Below, in pieces: positions 47,289-56,734 of a stretch of DNA of 64,000 bases. The stretch spans positions 44,924-108,923 of the forward strand of contig JBJKXM010000004.1 of assembly GCA_045561575.1 (NCBI GenBank), in the 5' to 3' direction. A model generated the notes under the pieces. The model searched no databases and was not told the DNA's origin. It saw only the letters and a list, made by a program, of their open reading frames with translations. Position 1 is the stretch's first letter, and every line of letters begins with the position of its first letter. Source of the stretch: Flavobacteriales bacterium. Lineage in GTDB: Bacteria > Bacteroidota > Bacteroidia > Flavobacteriales > BACL11. Made by a program: the position numbers and the translations under genes.

Positions 47289-49671
47289 ATGAAAAAAACA
47301 CACTTTATTTTCTTATTGTTAACCTTATTATGTTACTACAGTTATGGTCAAAAAAATTACACCATTAGCGGATATGTTCAAGAATCTGAAAGTGGTGAAA
47401 ATTTAATTGGAGTATCTATTTACGATAAAGAAACATTTAAAGGTACAGTAACTAATCAATACGGATTCTACTCACTAACCTTAGAAGAAGGAAATTATGA
47501 AATTATCTATTCTTTTATAGGTCTAGAATCGACAACTAAAAAGGTTAACCTAAGCAAAAATTTAAGAATCAACATTTCTCTTGAGAGTAATGCTATCATT
47601 ACTGAAGAAGTAATAGTTACAGGAGAAAAACTTGACAAAAACGTAAGTAGTTCAAAAATGAGTCAAGTCAAAATTGAAGTAAATAACATCAAACAACTTC
47701 CTGTTATTTTAGGTGAAGTAGATGTATTAAAATCTGCTCAATTATTACCAGGAATCACATCAAATGGAGAGGGAAGTTCAGGATTATATGTAAGAGGCGG
47801 AGGACCTGATCAAAATCTTATTCTTTTAGATGAAGCGGTTGTTTACAATGCCTCGCATTTGTTTGGCTTCTTTTCTGTCTTCAATGCAGATGCAATTAAG
47901 GATATAAACATAATTAAGAGGAGGAATGCCTGCAGAATATGGAGGACGACTATCATCAGTTTTAGATATAACAATGAATGATGGAAATAATAAAAAATAT
48001 CAGGCAGATGGAGGTATTGGATTACTTTCATCTAGATTAACTTTACAAGGGCCTATTCAAAAAGAAAAAAGCTCGTTTATTGTTTCAGCAAGAAGAACAT
48101 ATATTGATGTACTATCAAAGCCTTTTCTTAACAGAAAAGACCCTGAAACTGGAGAACCTAATGCATTTGCCGGATCAGGATACTTCTATGATCTAACAAC
48201 TAAAATTAACTATAGATTATCTGATAAAGACAGATTATATCTAAGTGGATATTTTGGAAGAGATGTTTTCAGTTTTGCCAATGCAGACAATGGTTTTGCT
48301 ATTGAAATTCCATGGGGAAATGCTACTGGATCATTAAGATGGAATCATTTATTTAATGATAAATTATTCATGAACACATCTGTAATTTTCAGTGATTATA
48401 GATTTGAATTTAATCTTGCTCAAAGTGAATTTGAATTCAAAATATTTTCAGGAATTAATGATTGGAATACAAAAGTTGATTTTTTATATCAACCAAATCA
48501 AAGACATACAATTAAATTTGGAACCAACTATACATATCATGTCTTTACTCCTGGAAATGCAACAGGGCGATCTGGAGATGTAGAATTTGCACCAGATGAG
48601 ATATTTAGACAATACTCAAATGAAGGTGCCTTATATTTTTCTGATGATTTTGAATTAAGTGATGATATTAAAATTAATGCTGGTTTGAGGTATTCATCAT
48701 TTCAACACAGAGTAGATATTAATTTATTAAGATATGTTTCAAATGATTTAACTTTTAGTTCAGATAATTACAGAAATATTGAACCTAGATTTTCTCTTAG
48801 ATATAAACTAAATCCAACAAGTTCAATTAAAACTTCTTACACAGAAAACTATCAATATATTCATCTTGCATCTACTTCCTCTGTTAGTTTACCAACTGAC
48901 CTTTGGGTTCCAAGTTCTACAGCTATTAAACCTAAATTCTCTAAGCAGTACGCAATTGGATACTTTAAGAACTTTAAGGAAAATATGTATGAGACTTCAT
49001 TAGAAGCTTATTACAAGGAAATGACTAATTTAATTGAATATAAAGAAGGTTTTTTACCTGAAGACAATACAAATCAAAGTAGTGACAATTCTTTTACATT
49101 TGGTGATGGAGACTCTTATGGAATTGAATTATTACTTAAAAAAAATCAAGGAAAAACAACGGGTTGGATTGGTTATACATTATCAAAAACAACTAGATAT
49201 TTTGATGAAGTAAATAATGGAATTGAATTTCCAGCAAAATATGATAGGAGACATGATTTATCCATTACTGCAACTCATAAATTATCAAAAGCATGGGTAT
49301 TGAGTGGAGTTTTTGTTTATGCAACAGGAAATGCTATAACTCTTCCTACAGAAAGATATGTTATTGGTGGTGATGTTTATACCCAATTTACATCAAGAAA
49401 TGGATATAGAATGGATCCATACCATCGTATGGATATTGGTGCAACTTACACACCTTCAAAAAAGAAGAAAAAGAAGTTTAAATCAACATGGAATTTTTCT
49501 ATCTATAATGTATACTCAAGAAAAAACCCATACTTTATTTATTTTGCTCTAGAAGGTTTAGAAGAAAACGGTGAAAATCAAAATATCCAAAACGGAAATG
49601 TTGAACCTAAAGCATACCAAGTTTCTATTTTCCCAATATTACCGTCCGTAACATGGAACTTTAATTTTTAA
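47289..49671 (+). pseudogene. TonB-dependent receptor (CarboxypepD_reg-like N-domain + plug + barrel) split by a +1 frameshift near 47918
   Basis: ORF 47289-47981 carries the signal peptide, the carboxypeptidase-regulatory-like domain and the start of the plug, and ends in the out-of-frame sequence ...NIIKRRNACRIW. ORF 47926-49671 begins within the conserved plug motif, (G)GMPAEYGGRLSSVLDI, and ends ...TWNFNF. Removing 1 nt at attaag|a|ggaggaatg restores IIKGGMPAEYGG. Confidence 0.8.
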
Positions 49672-49673
49672 CT

Positions 49674-50717
49674 ATGAGAAAACTACTATTTATTTTTTTA
49701 TGTTTTTTATCTTGTCAAGATGAAATCTCATTAGAATTTCCTATCGAGTCTCAAAGGCTAGTTGTTGAAGGAGGAATAGAACCAAATATGCCTCCATATG
49801 TTATTCTTTCAAAAAATCAGGGATATTTTGATGAAATTAATGCAAACACATACAATGATTTATTTATTTATGATGCAGAAGTAGTTGTTTGGACATTAGA
49901 TCAAAATGGAGTTGCTGATTCAGTTTATTTACAACCGCTCCCTCCTCCCCTGGATTCAATTCCAGTATTCACTGATATTAATTACTTATTCTCATTAACT
50001 AATCCACCATATGCAAATTCAAATGGCTATCCTTTTAGTAAAGAAAATAAAACATATAATTTAATTGTGAGATGGAATAATCAGGAAATAACAAGTCAAA
50101 CTACAATACCAACCACAACTCCATTAGATTGTTTATGGGTAGAAAAAAATGAATTTACTGATAAAGATTATGAATTTGACATTAGAGCCATATATGATGA
50201 TCCTGCTGAAGTAGCAAATAATATTTTATTAAAATACAGAAAACCTATTCACTGGAAAGTTGACACTATAAATTGGGTATTAGAGGAAAATAATGATGAT
50301 TTAATGGAATTAATTGATGCAGGCACAGATATTTTAATAAATGGAACTCGTTTTGAAACTTATTTTCCCCAAAAAGGAGATGGAAACTTCCCTCAATTTC
50401 CATATAATTCCGATAGATATCGAACATTCGAAATAAATGGACAAACTGATAGCATCTTTGTTCCTCATGATGAAGTAATAATTAAATTCTGTCAAATTGA
50501 TGAACCTTCATTAAAATTTTGGAGAAGTCTTGTGAGACAATTTGGTTCAAATGGTAATCCATTTCAAGAACCCTTAAACATTGTAAGTAATGTAAATGGA
50601 GGTTACGGTGGTTGGACTGGATATGGAAGTGTTTATTATAGAATCCCAATTATTGATGGTTTTTCAACAAATTCTCCATTACCTATTGATTCCATTGAAA
50701 TAACTGATGTTTTTTAA
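49674..50717 (+). CDS. DUF4249-like lipoprotein (partner of this TonB-receptor type)
   Basis: Lipoprotein signal MRKLLFIFLCFLSCQDE. It starts 2 nt after the receptor stop. The family call rests on recalled gene context and is not verified. Confidence 0.5.
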   Translation: MRKLLFIFLCFLSCQDEISLEFPIESQRLVVEGGIEPNMPPYVILSKNQGYFDEINANTYNDLFIYDAEVVVWTLDQNGVADSVYLQPLPPPLDSIPVFTDINYLFSLTNPPYANSNGYPFSKENKTYNLIVRWNNQEITSQTTIPTTTPLDCLWVEKNEFTDKDYEFDIRAIYDDPAEVANNILLKYRKPIHWKVDTINWVLEENNDDLMELIDAGTDILINGTRFETYFPQKGDGNFPQFPYNSDRYRTFEINGQTDSIFVPHDEVIIKFCQIDEPSLKFWRSLVRQFGSNGNPFQEPLNIVSNVNGGYGGWTGYGSVYYRIPIIDGFSTNSPLPIDSIEITDVF

Positions 50718-50742
50718 TAATTTAGCCAAAAATTAAAACATC

Positions 50743-51690
50743 ATGGCTGAAGAAATTGAAAAGATAGAAACGTTAATAATTGGATCTGGACCTGCAGGAT
50801 ATACAGCTGCAATTTATGCTGCTAGAGCAGATTTAAATCCTGTTGTTATTCAAGGACTTCAACCAGGTGGACAATTAACCACTACAACTGATGTTGATAA
50901 TTACCCAGGATATCCTAATGGAGTTGACGGAACAAAAATGATGGAAGATTTTAAAGCACAAGCTGAAAGGTTTGATACAGACACAAGATGGGGAATGGTA
51001 ACTAAAGTAGACTTAAGCGAAAGACCTTTTAAAGTAGAAATTGATGAGAAAAATAACGTTTTAGCTGAAACAATAATTATTGCTACTGGGGCTTCAGCAA
51101 AATGGTTAGGTATTGATGATGAAAAAAGACTGAATGGTTATGGTGTTTCTGCATGCGCAACTTGTGATGGATTTTTCTATAAAGGAATGGATGTAGTAGT
51201 AGTTGGTGGTGGTGATACTGCAGCTGAAGAAGCTACATATCTAGCTAAATTATGTACCAAAGTAACTTTACTTGTTAGGCGAGATGAAATGCGAGCATCT
51301 AAAGCCATGCAAAAAAGAGTCTTCAACACAAAAAACCTTGAAGTACTTTTTAATCATGAAACTAAAAGTATTAATGGTGAGCCAGGTGAAATTGGTGTTG
51401 AAAGTGTAACTGCAGTAAATAATTATACCGGTGAAGAAACTGTTATTCCTGCAAAAGGTTTTTTTGTTGCTATTGGACACACCCCAAACACATCTTTATT
51501 TAAAGGGCAATTAGACATGGATGAAAATGGTTATTTGATTATTGAAGCTGGAACTTCAAAAACAAAAATTCCTGGTGTTTTTGCTGCTGGTGATGTCGCT
51601 GACCATGTTTATAGACAGGCAGTTACATCTGCAGGTACTGGATGTATGGCTGCTCTTGATGCTGAAAGATTTTTAGCTTCACAGGAGTAA
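50743..51690 (+). CDS. trxB: thioredoxin-disulfide reductase
   Basis: GSGPAGYTAAIYAAR, the CATCDG redox centre and GGGDTAAEEA. Confidence 0.95.
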   Translation: MAEEIEKIETLIIGSGPAGYTAAIYAARADLNPVVIQGLQPGGQLTTTTDVDNYPGYPNGVDGTKMMEDFKAQAERFDTDTRWGMVTKVDLSERPFKVEIDEKNNVLAETIIIATGASAKWLGIDDEKRLNGYGVSACATCDGFFYKGMDVVVVGGGDTAAEEATYLAKLCTKVTLLVRRDEMRASKAMQKRVFNTKNLEVLFNHETKSINGEPGEIGVESVTAVNNYTGEETVIPAKGFFVAIGHTPNTSLFKGQLDMDENGYLIIEAGTSKTKIPGVFAAGDVADHVYRQAVTSAGTGCMAALDAERFLASQE

Positions 51691-51737
51691 ACTTCATTTC
51701 AATTAAAGGTGTTTATTTATGCTTATATTCGTAGTAT

Positions 51738-53645
51738 ATGCAAGCTATTGATATTTTAAAAAAATATTGGGGTTACACTTCTTTTAAATCAAAACAAGAA
51801 GAAATAATAAATTCTGTAATTGATAAAAAAGATACATTAGCATTATTACCAACATCAGGTGGAAAATCAATATGCTTTCAAATTCCTGCATTAATGAGTG
51901 AAGGAATATGCATAGTAGTATCTCCTCTTATTTCTTTAATGCAAGATCAAACAAAGTTTCTAAAATCAAAAGGTGTAAATACAATAGCAATTTCATCAAT
52001 AATGAATTTAAATGAAATTGATACGGCTTTAACAAATTGTATTTATGGCAATATCAAATTTTTATATATCTCTCCTGAAAGATTAAGAAACAAAAATATT
52101 AAAGAAAAAATCCTGAAGATGAATGTAAATCTCATAGCAGTTGACGAGGCACATTGTATCTCAGAATGGGGACACAATTTTCGACCATCTTACCGATTAA
52201 TTAATGAGCTTAGGGAAATAAAAAAAGAAGTTCCAATTATAGCGTTAACTGCTACAGCAAATAAACAAGTAGCTAAGGACATTCAAACTAATTTAAATTT
52301 TAAAGATAGTAATGTAATCACATCAAGTTTTTTTAGAAAAAACCTATCATACGTTGCCCTAGAATGCAAAAACAAAAACCAAACATTAATAAATCTTTGT
52401 AATAAAATTAAAAGTTCAATTATTATATATGTCGGTTCTAGAAAAGAAAGTAATCTAATTAGTCAAATGTTAAATAAGCACTCAATTTCTGCTGCTGCTT
52501 ATCATGCCGGAATTGAAATTGGGAAAAGAGAAGTAATTCAACAACAATGGATAGAAAATAGTATCAGAGTAATAGTAGCTACTAATGCTTTTGGTATGGG
52601 AGTAAATAAATTAGATGTTAGATTAGTTGTTCATTTAAATTTACCGCTCAATATAGAATCATATTTCCAAGAATCAGGAAGAGCAGGAAGAGATAACAAA
52701 ACTGCTTATTCTTTCATTCTTTATAATAACATAGATATAAAAAGTTCATACAAAATAATTAATGATAGGTTTCCTTTAAAGATTGATTTACAAAATACAT
52801 ACCAAAAGATATGTGACGACCTTCAAATAGCAGTAAATACATTTCCAGAGGATGACTTTAACTTTAACATCAAAGATTTTTGTGAAAAATATAACTTGGA
52901 TATAATAAAAACATACAATGTTATTAAATATTTAGAAAAAGAGGAATTAATAAAATTAAATAATCAACATAAAAAATCTTCAAGAATTAAAATTTTACTT
53001 AATAGTTCTGAATTATATAAATTTCAAATTGCGAATAGTTATTTTGATAATATCATTAAATTATTATTAAGAAAATTTCCAAATATTTTTAAGAATTATG
53101 TGAAAATAAATGAAAATGAGCTGCAAAAGAATATCAATTCAGATAAACAAAGTATTAAGGAAATTTTTATCAAATTAGATCAAAAGGGTGTAATAAGCTA
53201 TTTAGAGAAAACATCTGATACAAGTATTAAATTTATTCAAAACAGAAAAGATGCAAAATATTTAGAATTTTCAGAATCTGATATTGAAAAAGAAAGAGTA
53301 CAGGCAAAGGAAAAACTTAAAAATATAATTGATTATATCAAAAATAAAAAAAGATGTAGAAATCAAATTTTATTAGAATACTTTAACGAAGAAAAATTAG
53401 AGAACTGTAAAATATGTGATAATTGTATAAAGTTAAATAAAGAAAAAATGAGGAAAGAGTTATTTAATTCAATTTCCAAAAAAATTATTGATATACTTAA
53501 AAATAAAGAATTCACATATAATGAAATAAAGAATGAAATTGAAGAGGAAGATGAAGAAACTTTAAAAAATGTTTTAAATTATCTTTTTGATAACGATTTG
53601 ATCAATAAATTTGGAAACAAATACACTATAAATACAAATAAATAA
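51738..53645 (+). CDS. RecQ-family ATP-dependent DNA helicase (non-canonical, 635 aa)
   Basis: Helicase motifs PTSGGKS, DEAHCISEWGHNFRPSY, LTATA and QESGRAGRD. The RecQ-type zinc motif CRNQILLEYFNEEKLENCKICDNC lies far downstream. Confidence 0.8.
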   Translation: MQAIDILKKYWGYTSFKSKQEEIINSVIDKKDTLALLPTSGGKSICFQIPALMSEGICIVVSPLISLMQDQTKFLKSKGVNTIAISSIMNLNEIDTALTNCIYGNIKFLYISPERLRNKNIKEKILKMNVNLIAVDEAHCISEWGHNFRPSYRLINELREIKKEVPIIALTATANKQVAKDIQTNLNFKDSNVITSSFFRKNLSYVALECKNKNQTLINLCNKIKSSIIIYVGSRKESNLISQMLNKHSISAAAYHAGIEIGKREVIQQQWIENSIRVIVATNAFGMGVNKLDVRLVVHLNLPLNIESYFQESGRAGRDNKTAYSFILYNNIDIKSSYKIINDRFPLKIDLQNTYQKICDDLQIAVNTFPEDDFNFNIKDFCEKYNLDIIKTYNVIKYLEKEELIKLNNQHKKSSRIKILLNSSELYKFQIANSYFDNIIKLLLRKFPNIFKNYVKINENELQKNINSDKQSIKEIFIKLDQKGVISYLEKTSDTSIKFIQNRKDAKYLEFSESDIEKERVQAKEKLKNIIDYIKNKKRCRNQILLEYFNEEKLENCKICDNCIKLNKEKMRKELFNSISKKIIDILKNKEFTYNEIKNEIEEEDEETLKNVLNYLFDNDLINKFGNKYTINTNK

Positions 53646-53661
53646 ATTGAATTTTTGAAAG

Positions 53662-54621
53662 ATGAAAATAATCTGCTTTGGCACTCCAAGCTTTACAAGT
53701 GAAATAATCAAAAATATTGAAAGATGCAATGATATTGTTTGTATTGTTACAACCGAGGATACTCAAAAAGGAAGAGGAAAAAAAATGTTACCTTCAGATG
53801 TCAAAAAAACTGCTTTTGAGCTAAATATTCCTATACTTCAACCAAATAAATTAGATGATAAAGAATTTATTGAAAAACTTGAAGAATATAATGCAGATCT
53901 ATTTCTGGTAATTGCATTTAGAAAACTACCAAAAGTTGTTTGGGAACTACCTAAAAAAGGAACAATCAATCTACATACATCATTATTACCTGAATACAGA
54001 GGAGCTGCCCCTATTAATTGGGTATTAATAAATGGTGAAAATAAAACTGGTGTTACCACATTCTTTATAAATGAAAAAATTGATCAGGGTGATATTATTT
54101 TACAAAAGAAAATAAATCTAGATCAAAATATTACTGCAGGTCAACTTCATAACCTTATGATTAATGATGGAATAGAAATTGTCAATAAAACAATAAATTT
54201 AATTGATGAAAACGATGTACAGCTGATCTATCAATCTAAAAAAGATGAATTTAAAGCTGCACCAAAGTTAAATAAAGAATTACAAAAAATAAATTGGCAA
54301 AAATCTATAATTGAAATACACAATAAAATTAGAGGACTATCCCCTTTTATTGATCAAACTACTATGCTTAAAGATGTTTCAATTTGTCCATGCGCATGGT
54401 TTTTTTTAAACAGCAAAAGGGTAAAAATTCAAAAATCTTCAGTTGTTGAAATAGTAAATAAAGTGAGGTATTTAGATACTGATAATAAAAATTATTTAAA
54501 TGTAAATTTTAAGAATAAAGCATTATCATTAGAGATTATTCAACCTGAAGGAAAAAAACCAATGAACATCAAACAATTTCTTCAAGGAAATAAAATTGAA
54601 AGTTCTGATATTATAAAATAA
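53662..54621 (+). CDS. fmt: methionyl-tRNA formyltransferase
   Basis: INLHTSLLPEYRGAAPINW and IQPEGKKPM motifs. Confidence 0.9.
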   Translation: MKIICFGTPSFTSEIIKNIERCNDIVCIVTTEDTQKGRGKKMLPSDVKKTAFELNIPILQPNKLDDKEFIEKLEEYNADLFLVIAFRKLPKVVWELPKKGTINLHTSLLPEYRGAAPINWVLINGENKTGVTTFFINEKIDQGDIILQKKINLDQNITAGQLHNLMINDGIEIVNKTINLIDENDVQLIYQSKKDEFKAAPKLNKELQKINWQKSIIEIHNKIRGLSPFIDQTTMLKDVSICPCAWFFLNSKRVKIQKSSVVEIVNKVRYLDTDNKNYLNVNFKNKALSLEIIQPEGKKPMNIKQFLQGNKIESSDIIK

Positions 54622-54622
54622 T

Positions 54623-55273
54623 CTATGGAGATTTTCTAGAAATTTTCCACTCACTTCTTTCTAAAGTATAACATAATCTGTCATGTAGTCTAGATGGTCT
54701 TCCCTGCCAAAACTCAAAATAACTTATTACAACTCTAAAGCCACCCCAATTATTGGGTCTTTTAGGAGATGTAGTTTTATTTTCTGTTTTTAAAATATTT
54801 AATTTTTTGCTAAAATCATAATCTAGTGATATCTCTGATGACTGATCACTAATTATAGCTCCAAACTTACTCTCCAAAGGTCTATTATTAAAATATTCAT
54901 CAGATTCTTTAGCTGAAATTCTCTCAACCTTTCCAATTATTCTAATTTGCTTTTCTAATTGAGGCCAAAAGAAATTAACTGAAACATTATTATTAAATAA
55001 AATATCTTTAGATTTATTACTATCATAATTAGTGTAAAACACCAGTCCTTTTTCATTAAACCCTCTCATTAGAACTACTCTTGATGATGGAATCATGTTG
55101 TTTGAAACTGTTGATAAAACAAAAGCATTAGCATTATCCTTATCAATTACAAAGGCCTGTTCTATCCATTTATCAAATAAATCAAAAGGAGACTTATTAA
55201 TTGATTTAAAATCGATTAATGACTTATCATAATCAACTCTAACATTTTCAATATTCTTTTTTGGATTAGACAT
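54623..55273 (-). CDS. pdxH: pyridoxamine 5'-phosphate oxidase
   Basis: The sequence ...FEFWQGRPSRLHDR. I prefer the ATG at 55273 over the track's TTG at 55294. Confidence 0.9.
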   Translation of the reverse strand: MSNPKKNIENVRVDYDKSLIDFKSINKSPFDLFDKWIEQAFVIDKDNANAFVLSTVSNNMIPSSRVVLMRGFNEKGLVFYTNYDSNKSKDILFNNNVSVNFFWPQLEKQIRIIGKVERISAKESDEYFNNRPLESKFGAIISDQSSEISLDYDFSKKLNILKTENKTTSPKRPNNWGGFRVVISYFEFWQGRPSRLHDRLCYTLERSEWKISRKSP

Positions 55274-55306
55274 AAACAAGCTATAATTTAGCAATTAAAA
55301 TTAAAG

Positions 55307-55314
55307 CAAATATA
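55307..55314 (-). promoter_or_regulatory. -7 box (TAnnTTTG on the minus strand) for pdxH
   Basis: caaatata on the plus strand reads tatatttg on the minus strand. It lies 33 nt upstream of the ATG at 55273. Confidence 0.4.
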
Positions 55315-55323
55315 TCCTTATTT

Positions 55324-55875
55324 ATGCAAAAAATTCAAAATGGATCATTCTTAATTGCACACCCAACTATGCTAGATGATACGTTTTTTAAAAGTATTAT
55401 ATTAATAACTCATCACAATAGTGAAGAAACAATTGGTTTAATAATAAATAATCCTTCAAAAATTAAACTTTATGAAATTATTGATGATCTACCAAAATCA
55501 GATTTCCCTGTATATATCGGAGGGCCAGTAGCAAAAAATTCAATACACTATATTCATAATATAGGTGATGCTGTCCCCAACTCGATAAAAATAATTGAAG
55601 GATTATATTTTGGTGGAGATTTTAATACTGTAAAAGATTTAATTTGGAATAAAAAAATAAATAAAAATCAAATTAGATTTTTTGCCGGATATTCTGGATG
55701 GGAGGCTAATCAACTTCAAAATGAACTAAAAGAAGATAGTTGGTTGATTAAAGAAAAAAATAAAATATTGAGCATGAAATATTCAAACTTAGAACTTTGG
55801 AGTAAAGTATTAAGAAAAATGGAAAAAAAATATGCTATTTGGTCTAACCTACCAAAAAACCCAAGCTTAAATTAA
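55324..55875 (+). CDS. YqgE/AlgH-family (UPF0301) protein
   Basis: GSFLIAHP...D..F..S.ILI..H, GGPV and FAGYSGWEANQLQNELKEDSW motifs. Confidence 0.85.
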   Translation: MQKIQNGSFLIAHPTMLDDTFFKSIILITHHNSEETIGLIINNPSKIKLYEIIDDLPKSDFPVYIGGPVAKNSIHYIHNIGDAVPNSIKIIEGLYFGGDFNTVKDLIWNKKINKNQIRFFAGYSGWEANQLQNELKEDSWLIKEKNKILSMKYSNLELWSKVLRKMEKKYAIWSNLPKNPSLN

Positions 55876-56691
55876 CTTATTTAAAGATTGAAGTAAATAG
55901 TTATAAAAACTATCTTCATTAAATGCTTTATCTCTAAAAAAAGAAACTTTTTTAATGCCTGAAATTGCATTTGATAAAATTATTTCATCAGATTCTGATA
56001 CATCTTCAACCTTAAGTGATTTGTATGTTAACTTATATTTCCTTTCTATAATTGAAATTAATAATTTTCTCATCGATCCATCAACACAACCATCTGAGAT
56101 AGGTGGAGTAAATACAGTATTTTTTGATTTTAAAAATAAATTTGAATTTGTTGATTCAATGATATTGTTACTAGAGTTATATAATAAAACATCATCAAAT
56201 CCATTACTTTTTGCATACTTACTAGCTAATATATATAAAAGTGAATTAAGAGATTTAATGTTTGAAAGTTTTGATGGTGATTTTAAATTATCTGTGTAAA
56301 CTCCAAGAGATAATCTATCATTATTTATAAATGATGAGTTTTGATCTTTTACACTAGTAATTATATAAGATGATTTATTATTAATTGGATAGTACTTTCC
56401 ATCAGAACACCTAAAAATTGTAATTCTAACAGAACCGTTTACAATATCATTTTGGAGTAATAATTCTTTGATTTTTTTTAATAATTCTTCTTTTGATATT
56501 AGAAATTCTAAATTCAAAAAGTCAGCACTAAATTTTAATCTATTATAATGATTATTAAAATTAAATGGAGATTGATTGAAGATTTTGATAGATTCAAAAA
56601 AACCGTCGCCATATAAAAAACCTCTATTCTTATTGTTAAGGTAGATTCCTTTATCGCTGATTAGTTTATTATTTAGAACAACAAAATTCAT
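55867..56691 (-). CDS. class IV aminotransferase (branched-chain/ADC-lyase family)
   Basis: N-terminal NRGFLYGDGFFESI in a 274-aa fold-type IV-like protein. Confidence 0.7.
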   Translation of the reverse strand: MNFVVLNNKLISDKGIYLNNKNRGFLYGDGFFESIKIFNQSPFNFNNHYNRLKFSADFLNLEFLISKEELLKKIKELLLQNDIVNGSVRITIFRCSDGKYYPINNKSSYIITSVKDQNSSFINNDRLSLGVYTDNLKSPSKLSNIKSLNSLLYILASKYAKSNGFDDVLLYNSSNNIIESTNSNLFLKSKNTVFTPPISDGCVDGSMRKLLISIIERKYKLTYKSLKVEDVSESDEIILSNAISGIKKVSFFRDKAFNEDSFYNYLLQSLNKLI

Positions 56692-56734
56692 ATAATTAAA
56701 AATAGTAAATTGCGAACTTATTTAAATAATTCTA

